A stretch of DNA of 64,000 nt from Phoronis australis (taxonomy: Eukaryota; Animalia; Phoronida): contig NMRA01000036.1 of assembly GCA_002633005.1 (NCBI GenBank), positions 248,001-312,000 of the forward strand, in the 5' to 3' direction. Positions 1 to 12,500 of the stretch are shown piece by piece. How positions within the stretch are numbered: the first letter of the stretch is position 1; every line of letters starts with the position of its first letter. A model generated the notes under the pieces. It saw nothing but the letters and a program-made list of their open reading frames with translations. It had not been told where the DNA came from and did not search any database. The position numbers and the translations under genes were made by a program.

Positions 1-442
1 TTTTATTTTATCATTTTTTGCATGTTGCCCCTTAAGAGTCTTTTCTATGCTCAAGTTTTTCTGTTACCATAGCTACCATCAGATAATGTGTTGAAAGAAT
101 GTGACTATTTACAACAATGTTAAAAGCATTTGAAAAATGAAAAAGGGCTATTTTGGTAATTATTTTTGTCTGAATTTGGCAAGATTTTACCGTATGTATT
201 TGTACTGATATTGGCGTGAGAGTCAAATTAAAATGAAATTACATGCTCAGGATTGCTGTATATGCACACTTCACATTGAAACCTACTTCAGCTGCTGCAT
301 TCAACTGAACAGTTAGTTATCCTACAGTTGTCAGATAACTGTAGTTGTGAAATAAGTAAAATCAAAGTTTCATTTTGGTGTTGGAACAGTGACTAACTCA
401 TGCAGCACCCTCCCTTCAACAGCTTCCTTGTGTCTCTTGCAG

Positions 443-562
443 GGCACGCTTACTGTTGCTGTGGGTAAGGTGATTGACAGAGAACAACATGCCCTTTATA
501 ACCTCATGGTTCAGGCTGCAGATGGAACCAACTCGGCCACGAACAGAGTCACAACTGTCCCT
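443..562 (+). CDS. Cadherin exon (EC repeat C-terminal half: GTLTVAVGKVIDREQHALYNLMVQAADG...TVP)
   Basis: ctcttgcag| acceptor, |gtgagt donor, 120 nt, phase 0/0, DRE and AxD motifs. Confidence 0.93.
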
Positions 563-3500
563 GTGAGTATATGGATATCAGGCTATGGAAGGTCTGTGAG
601 GCATGTAATTATATTTGCCTGTTTTCAAAAATAGCCACAGAGTTTGAGTTTTGGTTTGTCTTGTAGGATTATGGACACTGAGTTTTACTGAAAAGTGTAA
701 TTTCATTTTGTCTATTTTGAAACAAAATGCAATTTTACATTATAGCATGATTTGTGCAGTTCACTCGCCTTTCACCAAACAACATTAGGTATAGTGACCA
801 TTTCCATCAATGTTGCAACCTTTTCAAAAACAGATTAGTAGTTCAATAAATGAATTTATTTTTGTCTTAGGTCGAAGAATTTATTCCGTCCTGAATAAGT
901 GGCAGTTTTCCCCAATGCTATGCAGTTAAATTTGTCTCGTGTTTCATCTGGAAGTCAGCCAGTTCCTTGACTAGCAGAAAGCCGTTGCTTTCATTTCACA
1001 TCGTCGTTGATTTCTTTTTATGGAACATTTTGCAATTCCCAGGGAACTTGGATTTAAACTAGCACAGGCGCAAGCGTTTTGCTGTTCGTGTTGTTAGTTT
1101 AAATTGTTTTTCAAAAATAAATGAGCTCAATTTATGCAAATGTGCTTAACAGGACAAATCCTTGGTGGTCTTTTCCAGGTGACTATTCAAGTCACAGACA
1201 TCAATGACAATCCACCTGTGTTTACTTCGAGTGAGTACAGCTTCTACACATTGGAGACGACGTCAGCGGGAACATCCATTGGGGCCGTCCGGGCCACAGA
1301 CAAAGATAAAGACAATAGGTCAGATGGAATCACGTATCAGCTGGACTTAACTTCTGACACCAGCAGAGGTATGGGTACATTAATTATAGTTAAATTTATT
1401 TTAATACTATACAATCTCTTTAAAAGAAATATTTAAAAAATGCAGTGTTCTAGATTTTTGCTTTATGTTAAATTGATATGAATTATGGTATTTTAGTAAT
1501 TTCGCCTAAGACTGGGGTTTTGTCAAAGATCCTAATAGTGCAATTAGTAGCTACCATCAGAAATGAGAGAATTGTTCAGTTTAAAAGTTTTCCTTGCAGT
1601 GTAATAGCAGGAATCTTGTTGTTTTTATGTGGGTGATTCTCTCTGCAAATGACAATTCCCACTCTCAAATCATTTAATTACTAGCAGCAATTTTAATCTT
1701 GTTCAATTTTTTGAGAGTGAACAAAGGTTACACAGCATAATTTTGTATCAAAATTGAAGGAATCTGACTGCAGTCAATCTTTGTTTATTAAATTTAACTT
1801 GTTAAATGTATTTATCGTTATTTATTTGACATTTGCAACTTTTATTTTCACATCAACCCTTAGGGTTTATTTTACGTTACTCATTTCTATTTATGTCCTG
1901 TGGTTCTAATTTTGTATTCCTACTCCTCTCTACTCGACACGTGATGGGTCACTCATATTTCCTTTGTTCAGTATAGCGTAGTCTATTTCATTTAGCCACC
2001 TACCTCGTTGTCTACAAGACCTCCATGTTTTTCTCAGTATTATTCCCAGCCTCCATTCCACTTGCCTGTTTTCTGTTTGTTGTTTGTCTATATTCTTCTC
2101 TTTGTGCATTTTTTGTTAGGCCCTTCAGGCTTTTCTTAATTATTTCGTATTCGTTCCATTTTTAAAAGGCCATTTCTGTGCAGACGCCGGTGACATTTTG
2201 TTCCGTGCCCATCTACCAGAGTCTTTTTAGTTTATTGTACCTACGTCATAATTAATGACATTATTCCCAATCCTCTTGATTACACTGCAACATATCTCGT
2301 GGCGTACCCAAGGCAAAATAGATTATGATAAATAACCCATAACAGGGCTTGATACCCTTTCAAACTCTGATTCCTAATCGTATCTCAGAGGAATGTGAAT
2401 TTTTCTCCATATCAAAAAGTTGATAAGTTTCTGCCTATTCAGTTTGTTACATTATCACCTTGTTAAAGTTTTGTCGGAGCTGAGGATTGTTCAAATACAC
2501 AGTCAATAGCCGTTATCAAATCCCTATTAATTGGACCTTAAGTTGATGATAATTTGTTGAACAGACCCGCAAAGTCCTGAAGGTGAGACCGATGCATGCT
2601 GCATAATGTTAACTCTTGCAAAGACACGCTCTCAGTTGATCACATTCACTGATTAAAGGAATACTCCCAAGATTTGAAATTAAGAAAAATATTATTTGGG
2701 ATCTTGTAAACACGAGAGAAAAAAATTCAAAACAGGTACGGCAAATGACGAGTATTGTGTTCTATTAATAGACACTCTTGTGCAGTGACATCATTCTTAG
2801 ACACAGTTCAGTCAGTGGGAGCTAAAGTAGTTGTGGCGAGTCCCATTGTCATTATAATTGACTACCAGATGGTGGTTAACTTGTGAGGAAGTGTACTTGT
2901 CCATTTTATTGTATTTGTTTTGAATAATTAATTTTTTAGATTTTCTTAATTTTGTCCGAGAATGATGTCAACGGCTTGTCCCATATTTGCATACAGAGGT
3001 CACATGACTGATAGATAGTGAGTGGATGTCTTATGACCACAGATACTTAAAGTTGGGAAAGTCTGGGAGTATTCCTTTAATGTCACATTTTGATGTTGTG
3101 CACTTGTTTATTTTGTTGTCTTTTCTATTGCACGCTATTTTAGTTGCTTTCATAGTAGTTTTTAGTAATGTGTGCACTGTGAAAATAACTTCATTGCAGT
3201 GTTTTAACAAAAGACTGCACAGTTATAGTCAACATTAGAATGGCTGCACTTTATTTACTTGACCCATCCAACACCAAGCCAGAGCAAGGTCCACTATCCA
3301 GGAAATTTTGTCAGTTGGTGAATCCGAGTTCACCTTTGTGAATCTGTCAGCTGTGTTTGCTTATTGACCATGCTGAGTCCTCAATTTGTACTCAAGTGTG
3401 GCCAATCTGAACGCTTAAAAGGCACCTGTGACACCATTGAAGAACTGTTATTAAAACCTCTTGAATGCTTTTAGTACAGCACATTCTGAACAAGTGGAAT

Positions 3501-6500
3501 AAGCGACTAAGTTCACTGTCTCATACTTAAATTTATTCACATTAAAATAGTTGTTACTGCTGCATGTTGTCTTAAAGCTGTATTGAACCTGTGTTTTTGT
3601 CAAAAAAAACAAGTTTTGATTGTAGCCACTTTTTATGAAATTGACCTCAACTGCTCCTTAGTCAGAAAGACGTGATTTCTGTGCTGGAAGACATCACAGT
3701 TGCGGCATGAGATTTTTGGCGGTCGGTCTTACAAAATTACGAACTGTCTTCCCAAGCCCACTCCTAAACTGAGTGGGGAGCAAAACAAGACCAATTTTTT
3801 TAGCAGCAAGTGACCTAAATCAAAACTTGTTTTTTGACAGAAAGCACTCACCTGTCGCTCATCGATTCTTTTATAATTTAGGTCATCATTTAAGACAGTC
3901 ACATCTTTTTAGAACATTGTATCAGCAGAGGATTTTATTAAATATTCTCGTGCGTAGTTAATCATTGATGATACATTCCCATCACATCTAATTTTAATCC
4001 ATATTTATCTTCATATTAATAGATCATAATATTTGCTGTTACTTTTTAATTTCTCTGGTTTTCTATTTTTATTTTATTCAAAGTACTTAATGCGTAGCAT
4101 TATTCCTTGTTTCAATTTTGATAATTTCAGTTTTTTAATTTTTTTTAAATTTCATGTGTAAAGTGTTTTTAACAGTTCACACGTGATCTTAAAAGATCAT
4201 TTGACATATACATAAGTATTTTCAATGTTAATTACAATTAAATAATAATAGTAATGATGATTATCATAAAATAATAATAATAGTAATAATAATAAATTGC
4301 CTCATCACTTTTAATGTTGTGTGGAACTGCAATTTAGAGACAAATATCTTTGGTTAAATCTGCGTGCCATCTGGCCATTGTGAATATTATGTGATATACG
4401 TAGTTTATACACCTTTCATGGTGACCAAAACCTTAGTCCAGTCATCATAATCTGTTTTCTTGTAACCATTCTAACTTACTCATGACTTTCCAGGGTTGTT
4501 CCAAGTCGATTTCTTGACGGGGGTCATCAGCACACGACAGGATATGAGAGCCAACGCTGACCCATTTGAATTTAACATCATCGCACGTGACAACTACAAC
4601 GGACAAGACCAGGTGTCTCGAACCAGCCAGGTGAAAGTCAAAGTTTTCGTAGGAAATACAATTACAGACGGGCGGCCTGTCTTTATCTCACCCTCTCCAG
4701 GAAGTGAGGCAACAGTGTTTGAAGTAAGTATAGTCAGTTTAAAATTGTGGTAGTCTGTTGGTTGGTGTGGTAACCAACGTCAAACTGGTTCTCAAAACAA
4801 CCCACCTGTTCTATCCTACTGATTAGTGTTGATGTGAGCTGTCATTATTTTGGGCCACACTCAATGCAGGAAACCACCAATTAGCAATTTTAACACTCTG
4901 CAGTGGGTGTTAGACTAATCAACTAATTATTGAATTTGTACTGTTAATGAAAGAAGAAGAAATCATTAAACAATTTTTTGAATTCTGATGTTTATTTATC
5001 ATGTCAACTGCCTTTTAGAGAATATTACATATATTAACTAACAAAAACATATATATTGCTTTAAAAGTCAAAGTAAATGGACCATTGAAAGATTTTTGTG
5101 GCAATTTTAAAACAATATACGGAGTAAGCTATAAAAACTGTTTTTCGTATTATAAAACTTTACCTTTTTCCACTGTTTGCAGTTGTGCAGTGACATTAAT
5201 GAGCATATCATTTAAAAGTGACGTAAAACCACACTTACCGTGGAAGATGAAGTTGTTTATTAACAAAAACTACCCAAATTCCTCAAAACAAAAAGTATAA
5301 CATTGGCTTTCAACACACACCAATGGTGATACGATGTTGTGGTAACATTTGGTGGCCTTGAAATTTTACTTTTAATTAATTTCATCTTGATACCTGTGGT
5401 CACATATTCATTTTCTTGATGTGCAGTTTACAAAAGCCAGTATTTGTAATGAAAGTGTAAATTCCAGTTTCAGTGAGCTTCTGTGGACACAAACGTATCA
5501 TGTCATCAAAAAATAAAAAGTACATTTTACTATGATAATTCTTCAGAACATATTAGCAAAACAAGCGTGAAACAACCATTTTTTGCAATTGTTTTTGTGT
5601 GGTATAAGTGGAGAGATTACGGTATATGTTTTCCGTTGAGTTGGGGAATAAAGTTTATGATTGTTTTCTGTTGTGCTTAAATAGTGAACTGTGTTGAAAA
5701 ATGAAAATGAATTGTCTCATGAGCTACCAAAGTTTCACCATACTAAGTTTTGAAAAAGTTCACGCCAAGACATTGGCTATTAAAGTGAATCTGGTGTTCT
5801 CAATTTGTGTCACAATATTGCGTGGCATAGCCACGAATGATTTATCCCACGATGATTCATATCACTTGGTCAGTATCCGATTCTGACAGTCCGACTCATA
5901 TGCTTGAGTGGATAAATGCCATCAACTGGCACTAATTCCATTTTTGTTACCCTTCTTCCAATGTCTGCATTCCATAGATGCAAGATGATGCCATGCATTA
6001 AAAATGAAGCATGTGATCGCACCATACTTTCTCACGAGTGTCTGAGATCTATGCAACGCTGCCCAAACAAGAACTAATGTAACACTCATTGGAAGTTGAC
6101 TTGGTTAGAGAATCCATCATAGCTGCAAAACACGGTCAAGTTCAATAACTGTCTCGCGATGAGAAAAATCTAGCCAAAATCATGTGCTCTCATTGAAAAT
6201 TAACGTCAATATCTTGAGCAGTCTTGCCAGATTTTTCGAGACCCTAGTGTCATTGTTAAACAGAATTATTTCAGCTGTATCAGCTTTAATGCCGATTATT
6301 TTTCCGGTTTTTGCAGAATAAACCCAAGGGCACATTTGTGACAGTCGTATCTGGACGGGATTCAGATTCTCAAAATCGCATCACATACAGCTTTTTGCCA
6401 ACGCTGCTTCCTGATCATGAGAAGTTTAGCATCGATAAAATTACTGGCAATATTACTACCACACAGGTACTCGACCGTGAAGAACAAGAAATATATGAGG

Positions 6501-9500
6501 TATGTCTACATGTCTAATCTTTGGGACTAATGATATATGATGCTAGAGCTAATTTGTAGAGTGTTCATTTTCATTAACTTGGTACTAGATATATGTACAA
6601 CCCACACTGAAGATAATTATTTGTCATCATGTCTAAGCTTTAATATTAAAATTCTACAATTTGTATTAGACAAGTGAACATTAATTATTTTGCTCAAGGT
6701 TGGAGCTTGTGAAACATTTTAGAAATGGGAAATGTTGGCTGTCCCAAATTTAAAAATTATAACTATCAATGACACTCATTCATCATGATTACGTAGGAAA
6801 GCATTGTGTTGGCACTATTTTTGATGATTTTATGAACTGCCAAGTCTATTTTCAGACTCTGTTGATACAAAACACATCTCATCAACTGGGCAACTGTATT
6901 GCCAGTGCCCTGTCTCACTCACCAACCCCTTTCATCATCTGTGCAACTGTATTGCCAGTGCCCCGTCTCACTCAGCAACCCCTTTCATCATCGGTGCAAC
7001 TGTATTGCCAGTGTCCCGTTCACTACTCATCTTCATCTCAGGATCCGCTGTCGGCAGTGTCCAGTGTTGCTCACCAACATTTGCCTTTTTATGGGCAAAT
7101 GTATTGCCAGTGTTCTTTTCACTTGCCTCCATTTTTCACCCTTGGATGCCTGTATTACCATTGTCCTGATTCACTCATGCACTCCATTTTCATCATCGTG
7201 CCTCCTCTGTTGGCGGTGCCCAGCCCACTTTTCATCACCTCTTTACCACTAACCTTTCCGGTGTCCTCCCTCCCACGCGCCTATTCCAGTCCTTACTTGT
7301 TGTCCTAGCCTATCCATAGTTATTCTCTCCTTAGCATTTTTCACCTCAGGCTATAAGTTTACATTTAACATTACCTCAATTCGATGTTCCTTATCTGTAT
7401 TTCTGTTTAAATGTGTCAATATTTTTGTTTACATATACCTATCTATGCAGCATACATTGCAGCTGTTATGGACGTCACCTTACGTATATTCCTTGGTCAT
7501 CATCACTCCATGTTAGCTTTAGATTCCCCTTAGGTTTCGGTTACTCTCATTTTGACACCTTGTTGAGTCACATGTATAATTTTCTATTGTCCACTCAATG
7601 TTAGCCTTTTTCTTATTATTTGTTACTATTTTTACTCCTTTTTATTTCATGCTAATTTTGTCAGCTTCACTCGCTCTGCCTCGGGTGGGTGGATGCATCC
7701 TTCTGCAGCATCTATGATTGTTACCCACCTTTACAGCTCAACATGTTATATAAATTTTGTATTTATCCATATCTGTAGTGGTTTAGTTTGTTCCTTTTAT
7801 ACCTTTTATCTCACCCTCATGTGTTTTACAGTAAACCAGCTTCTGTATCACTTCGCAGTTAGTGCATATAAAACACAGCGCCTGATATTTGAGAAGTAAT
7901 GATGAATGCCTAAATCACCCCATGCCCCAATATTCAGAATCAAGAAAATACAATTTCAGCTTGGAATTTCGACATCCCAAATTTTAGATAATTGGCTAAC
8001 TACAGCTGCTGTAATGCTGTTTACAGTAAAAATGACTGTGAGAAAATCGTTACTGTACCAATATCTTAATTATAGAATAATAATACAATAGAAAGATGAT
8101 TGACTAGAGGTCATTAAGGAGGGAAAGGAAGGAATAACACAATTGTTTACTGTGGTCACATGTCACTTGATCAGAGAGCAGATCCTCCATCTGGGTCCAG
8201 TTGCATAAAAGTTAAATGTTGCACAGCAACAATGACGTCGCATTATCACGTGTCATGCTGTTATTGTTGAACAATGCACCTGATGTCATCCAGCTGATAA
8301 TTTTGAAGTTTTATGTAACCCAGCCCATGTGTGCTATCTGTAACAAATTTACGTGACTATGTTAAGGCTCCTCAAGTGTCTCATCAGATATTTTATCATG
8401 CACTCCTAAATTTACCGACAGGTCTGCCTTCTTAGCTTCGAAGTTTTTTCCAGATTCTTAGAAATGGACATAAATTAAAAGAAATTTCCGGTATGGGGCA
8501 AAGTACTCGTTGAGTTTATTCAGTACTAAAAATCAAATTACATTTGAAGACTTCAGATGATCATACTTGGTTATATTTCACTTCTGTTTACCTCTTTTTT
8601 TATAATGACAAATCAAGTTGTTTGCCATCTTATGCTCAAATATTTTGACCTAATGACATCATATTATAATTGGTAATTGACCAGAATGTCTGAGCCAGTG
8701 ATCCAAGTGAAGGCATGTAGTTTACGAGTTCACCAATGAAAAATATAAATTGTAGATTAAGTGACACAAGGAAAATGAAACACTGAATCTTTGAGCCCGT
8801 ATCATTTTTTGTTGAAAAGTTTCTTCCTTTGATTGTAATTGGAACATGTATGCACTTGTCAAGATTTGATGTGCAATGTGAATGTGATATGTACACACAC
8901 GAAGTCCTATACTTTCAACTTAAAGATTTCCAACCCTGCTTGGGTACAGTGTTGGCCAAAATATTAACGTTTTATCTTTTTCATCTAATGCCAGTAGAAT
9001 GGCAACTGCCTTAAATTTTAGCATTTTAAAGAATTAAACTTTAAATTACTCATGAGATGGCTAATAGGACGCCTTTGGGATTCATTCAGCCAGTCTACCT
9101 TCTCGTAAGGATTCATGTAGTGAGTGTAGTGTTAGACACCTGACGTGGTCATGCCGTACTACACACAATTGAAGTACAAACGAGAAGAACTGCACTGCAA
9201 GCAATGAAAAATGTACATATTATAAAGTTTTAATTTCGTAATTTTGTTGTAGTTTTGAAAGTAAATGGTATGCCTTTTTTAGATTATTGTGGTGTTGACT
9301 GATGAGGATACGCCTCCAAAGACCAATCAGAGAAAACTTTATGTTCGAGTGCTGGATATGGATGATAATGTTCCATTGTTTGGACTGTGTCAGGATGTAA
9401 GCAAACAGCCTTTGTGTGAATTAATCTTTGTAGAAATTCGAGCATTTTCGTGTAAGACTTTTGTGTCAACTCTCACCTCAATGTGAACTTCAATATTTTC

Positions 9501-12500
9501 ACCTTCAGGCTTGAGTAGAAAATGTACCAGAAATAGTATCACCCAGGGATAAGCCCACCTTTTGTTTTTGCTTGGAAATTTCACCAATGATCGATGAGAC
9601 AAAATTTCAAAAACCTTTTTTGAAAACAGCCGTACCACTATTGATGTAAGTGGAAAAATGGTGGCATTCTTTGAGCCACGTCTCTTCCTTGGTTGATTCT
9701 CTGTTCAGTCCTAATTGGTGATAGTATGTTCGATTGTGTGTGAAAACACACTTCATTATTTTTAGAGATTTATAAACTTGAAATCGTGTACAGATGGTGA
9801 AAAAATTTTTGCCCGGCCTTTTTCAGTCACCTGTTGAAATATGAAAAAAGCCATGTTTAGGACAAAGAAAAAGCGCCATAAGTTCTGGTGTGAAGGGAAC
9901 CCTTTTTTAATTTTTAGTGAACACTCGAAATTTTGCATAATTCTCTAAGAGACCAAATGGGTTTAACAAATTGTTTTTGCAATCACATACTACTCTGCAA
10001 AATCATTCTATTTCAGTTAAAATTTTTTTTGAAATGGCATTGTGTGAGGCTTTAATAAAAAAAATGTGTGTTTAATTTTGTGGGTTGCTGCTTCAGGTGG
10101 AGGACCCGATCAGAGCATCAGTGCCAGAAAGTGAACCAAAAGGCACATATGTAACTACGGTAACAGCATGTGACAAAGACAAACAATATGGCATTATTCA
10201 TTACAAAATTGTTGGTAAGGATGACAAGCTGTTCTTGAATCATGATTGTAACGCCACTTTGCGTAATGCAATTTGGTCGTGATAGACCGTCTTGAATATA
10301 ATAGCCAGTACACCTACTTGGACAGTCAAAATTACATAAGAATTCCAAATTTCGGATCAATGCAGCTTACTAATTCTGTAAAAGTAAATCTATTAAGACA
10401 TAATTATTATTCACTAATTCTCTAAAAATAGTTCCATAATTATCATGTTTATTCATTGCCCACACAACGTGAGTGGATGAAAGAATGTTCAAATCTGTGA
10501 TATTAATGTGCCCATTGTACACTCCTTGTAGCCCTTATAATAATGTGCCCAGTATACACTCCTTGTAGCCCTTATAATAATGTGCCCAGTGTACACTCCT
10601 TGTAGCCTTTATAATAATGTGCCCAGTGTACACTCCTTGTACGTCTTATAATAATGTGCCCAGTGTACACTCCTTGAACCCCTTATAATAATGTGCCCAG
10701 TGTNACACTCCTTGAAAACCTTATAACAATGTGCCCAGTGTACACTCCTTGTAACCCTTATAATAATGTGCCCAGTGTACACTCCTTGAACACCTTATAA
10801 TAATGTGCCCAGTGTGCACTCCTTGAACCCCTCATAATAATGTGCCCAGTGTACACTCCTTGAATCCCTTATAATAATGTGCCCAGTGTACACTCCTTGA
10901 ACCCCTTATAATAATGTGCCCAGTGTGCACTCCTTGAACACCTTATAATAATGTGCCCAATGTACACTCCTTGAACACCTTATAATAATGTGCCCAGTGT
11001 ACACTCCTTGAACCCCTTATAATAATGTGCCCAGTGTACATGCATAACTGATCAGAAAAATTTTCCAGAAAAATTAGGCCACTGTCACACTTGTTCTGTT
11101 TTGGGGTATTGGGCAAGTAAAGCACACCACACTGAGCTCGTCATGTTTATGTTGATGTGAGCAAAGTAAAACTTCACTCAAGAATGACAAATGACTAATT
11201 TTAGATGTTATAGTGACATGAACACGGCAGTAGTGAACAATATTGAGACAGTTGCCCTTGGTGTGCGGGCACATATTGAAGAATCACAAGTGACATTGTG
11301 GTAATTTGGCATGTGGCCAGATATCCATCGCTATTAACCATCAGAAGAGAGGGTACACTGACCAGCTGATGGTGAGCTGAGTCAGTAAGTCAACTGAAAG
11401 GGAGACAGTTTTCCAAATGCTTGCAAAGACTTTTGTATTACTCTTAATTTTCAGAGTCAGTTTGTTTTCATAGCAATAATAATATTATAATGATTATGAT
11501 ATTGATGATAATATTATTATAATTATAATATTAATAATCAGACAGATGCTAGTTAATGAAGGTGAATGACCCAGCATCTGTATTTGTCTTTGTAGCAGGT
11601 GATGGGATGGAGCTGTTTGAAATCGGGCTCTTGTTCGGCAATATTTCAACCAAAGCACCTCTTGATCGTGAAGTTAAAGACAAGTACAACCTCACCATTA
11701 GTGCGACCAATCCCAAGTCTAAAAAACGCGCCTCTGAAACTGTTTTGGTAATTATCACTGTGGTGGATCGGGATGACAGTGAGCCGGAGTTCCTCGGCAA
11801 CGATGTCATTGTGACAGGAATTCTGGCGTCAGCTGCGTATAATTACCCGGTGATTCAGCTGTCAGCGGTGGACAAGGATACAGCTAAATACGTCAGCACC
11901 ACATATCACACAGATGAACTGAGTGGACAGTACTTTTACTCGTCAAATAATGACCGCAAATATACTCCCAGGGCATTCGTGATTGAGGAAACTACAGGTA
12001 AGGTCAGCGTATCATATAGCCAAGATAATTATGACCTCTCCCTGAGTCCCAAGAGATCTTTACCAGCAACAAGATTTGGAAGATATGTTCCTATAGAGAT
12101 GATAACAGATGATAACAGGTTTCAGAGTAATTCGGTTACAGGTTTGCCTCGAGTGGCAGTTTTATTTTTTTACGTTCATCTCTGAATCTTTGGAGTTCAT
12201 TATTGGTGGATTTTCATGAAATTTGGCAACAACTGTGCCTTTCCATTTTCGGACTGATTTGATATATTATGTGCCACCTAGTGGTCATTTTTATGATCGA
12301 CATATTTCCCGAATAATAGATAAATGATATGTGCGTCGCAAACTCGTTAACAGAGATGAAAAGGAGAGCGAGGTAGGCGATAGAAGGTCATTTTTTATGA
12401 CTAGTACAATTACAAGTAAATATTAGTGATTACTGATAAATAAAATGAAAAATGATAACCTGATTTTCTGTTATTTTTGCATTTGCCTCCTTATTTGCCA

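Noticed and set aside
6769-7308. 179-aa and 117-aa Cys-rich ORFs
   Set aside because: They are products of the 53-bp tandem repeat in an intron, with no domain signature.
10504-11040. CRISPR-like array (37-bp palindromic repeat)
   Set aside because: Units are contiguous with only a 5-nt variable slot. There are no spacers and no cas genes, and the array sits in a eukaryotic intron.
11998-12185. 3' extension of the 209-aa cadherin ORF
   Set aside because: Read-through past the GTAAGG donor at 11998 into intron and repeat sequence; the EC repeat continues in the exon at 13569.
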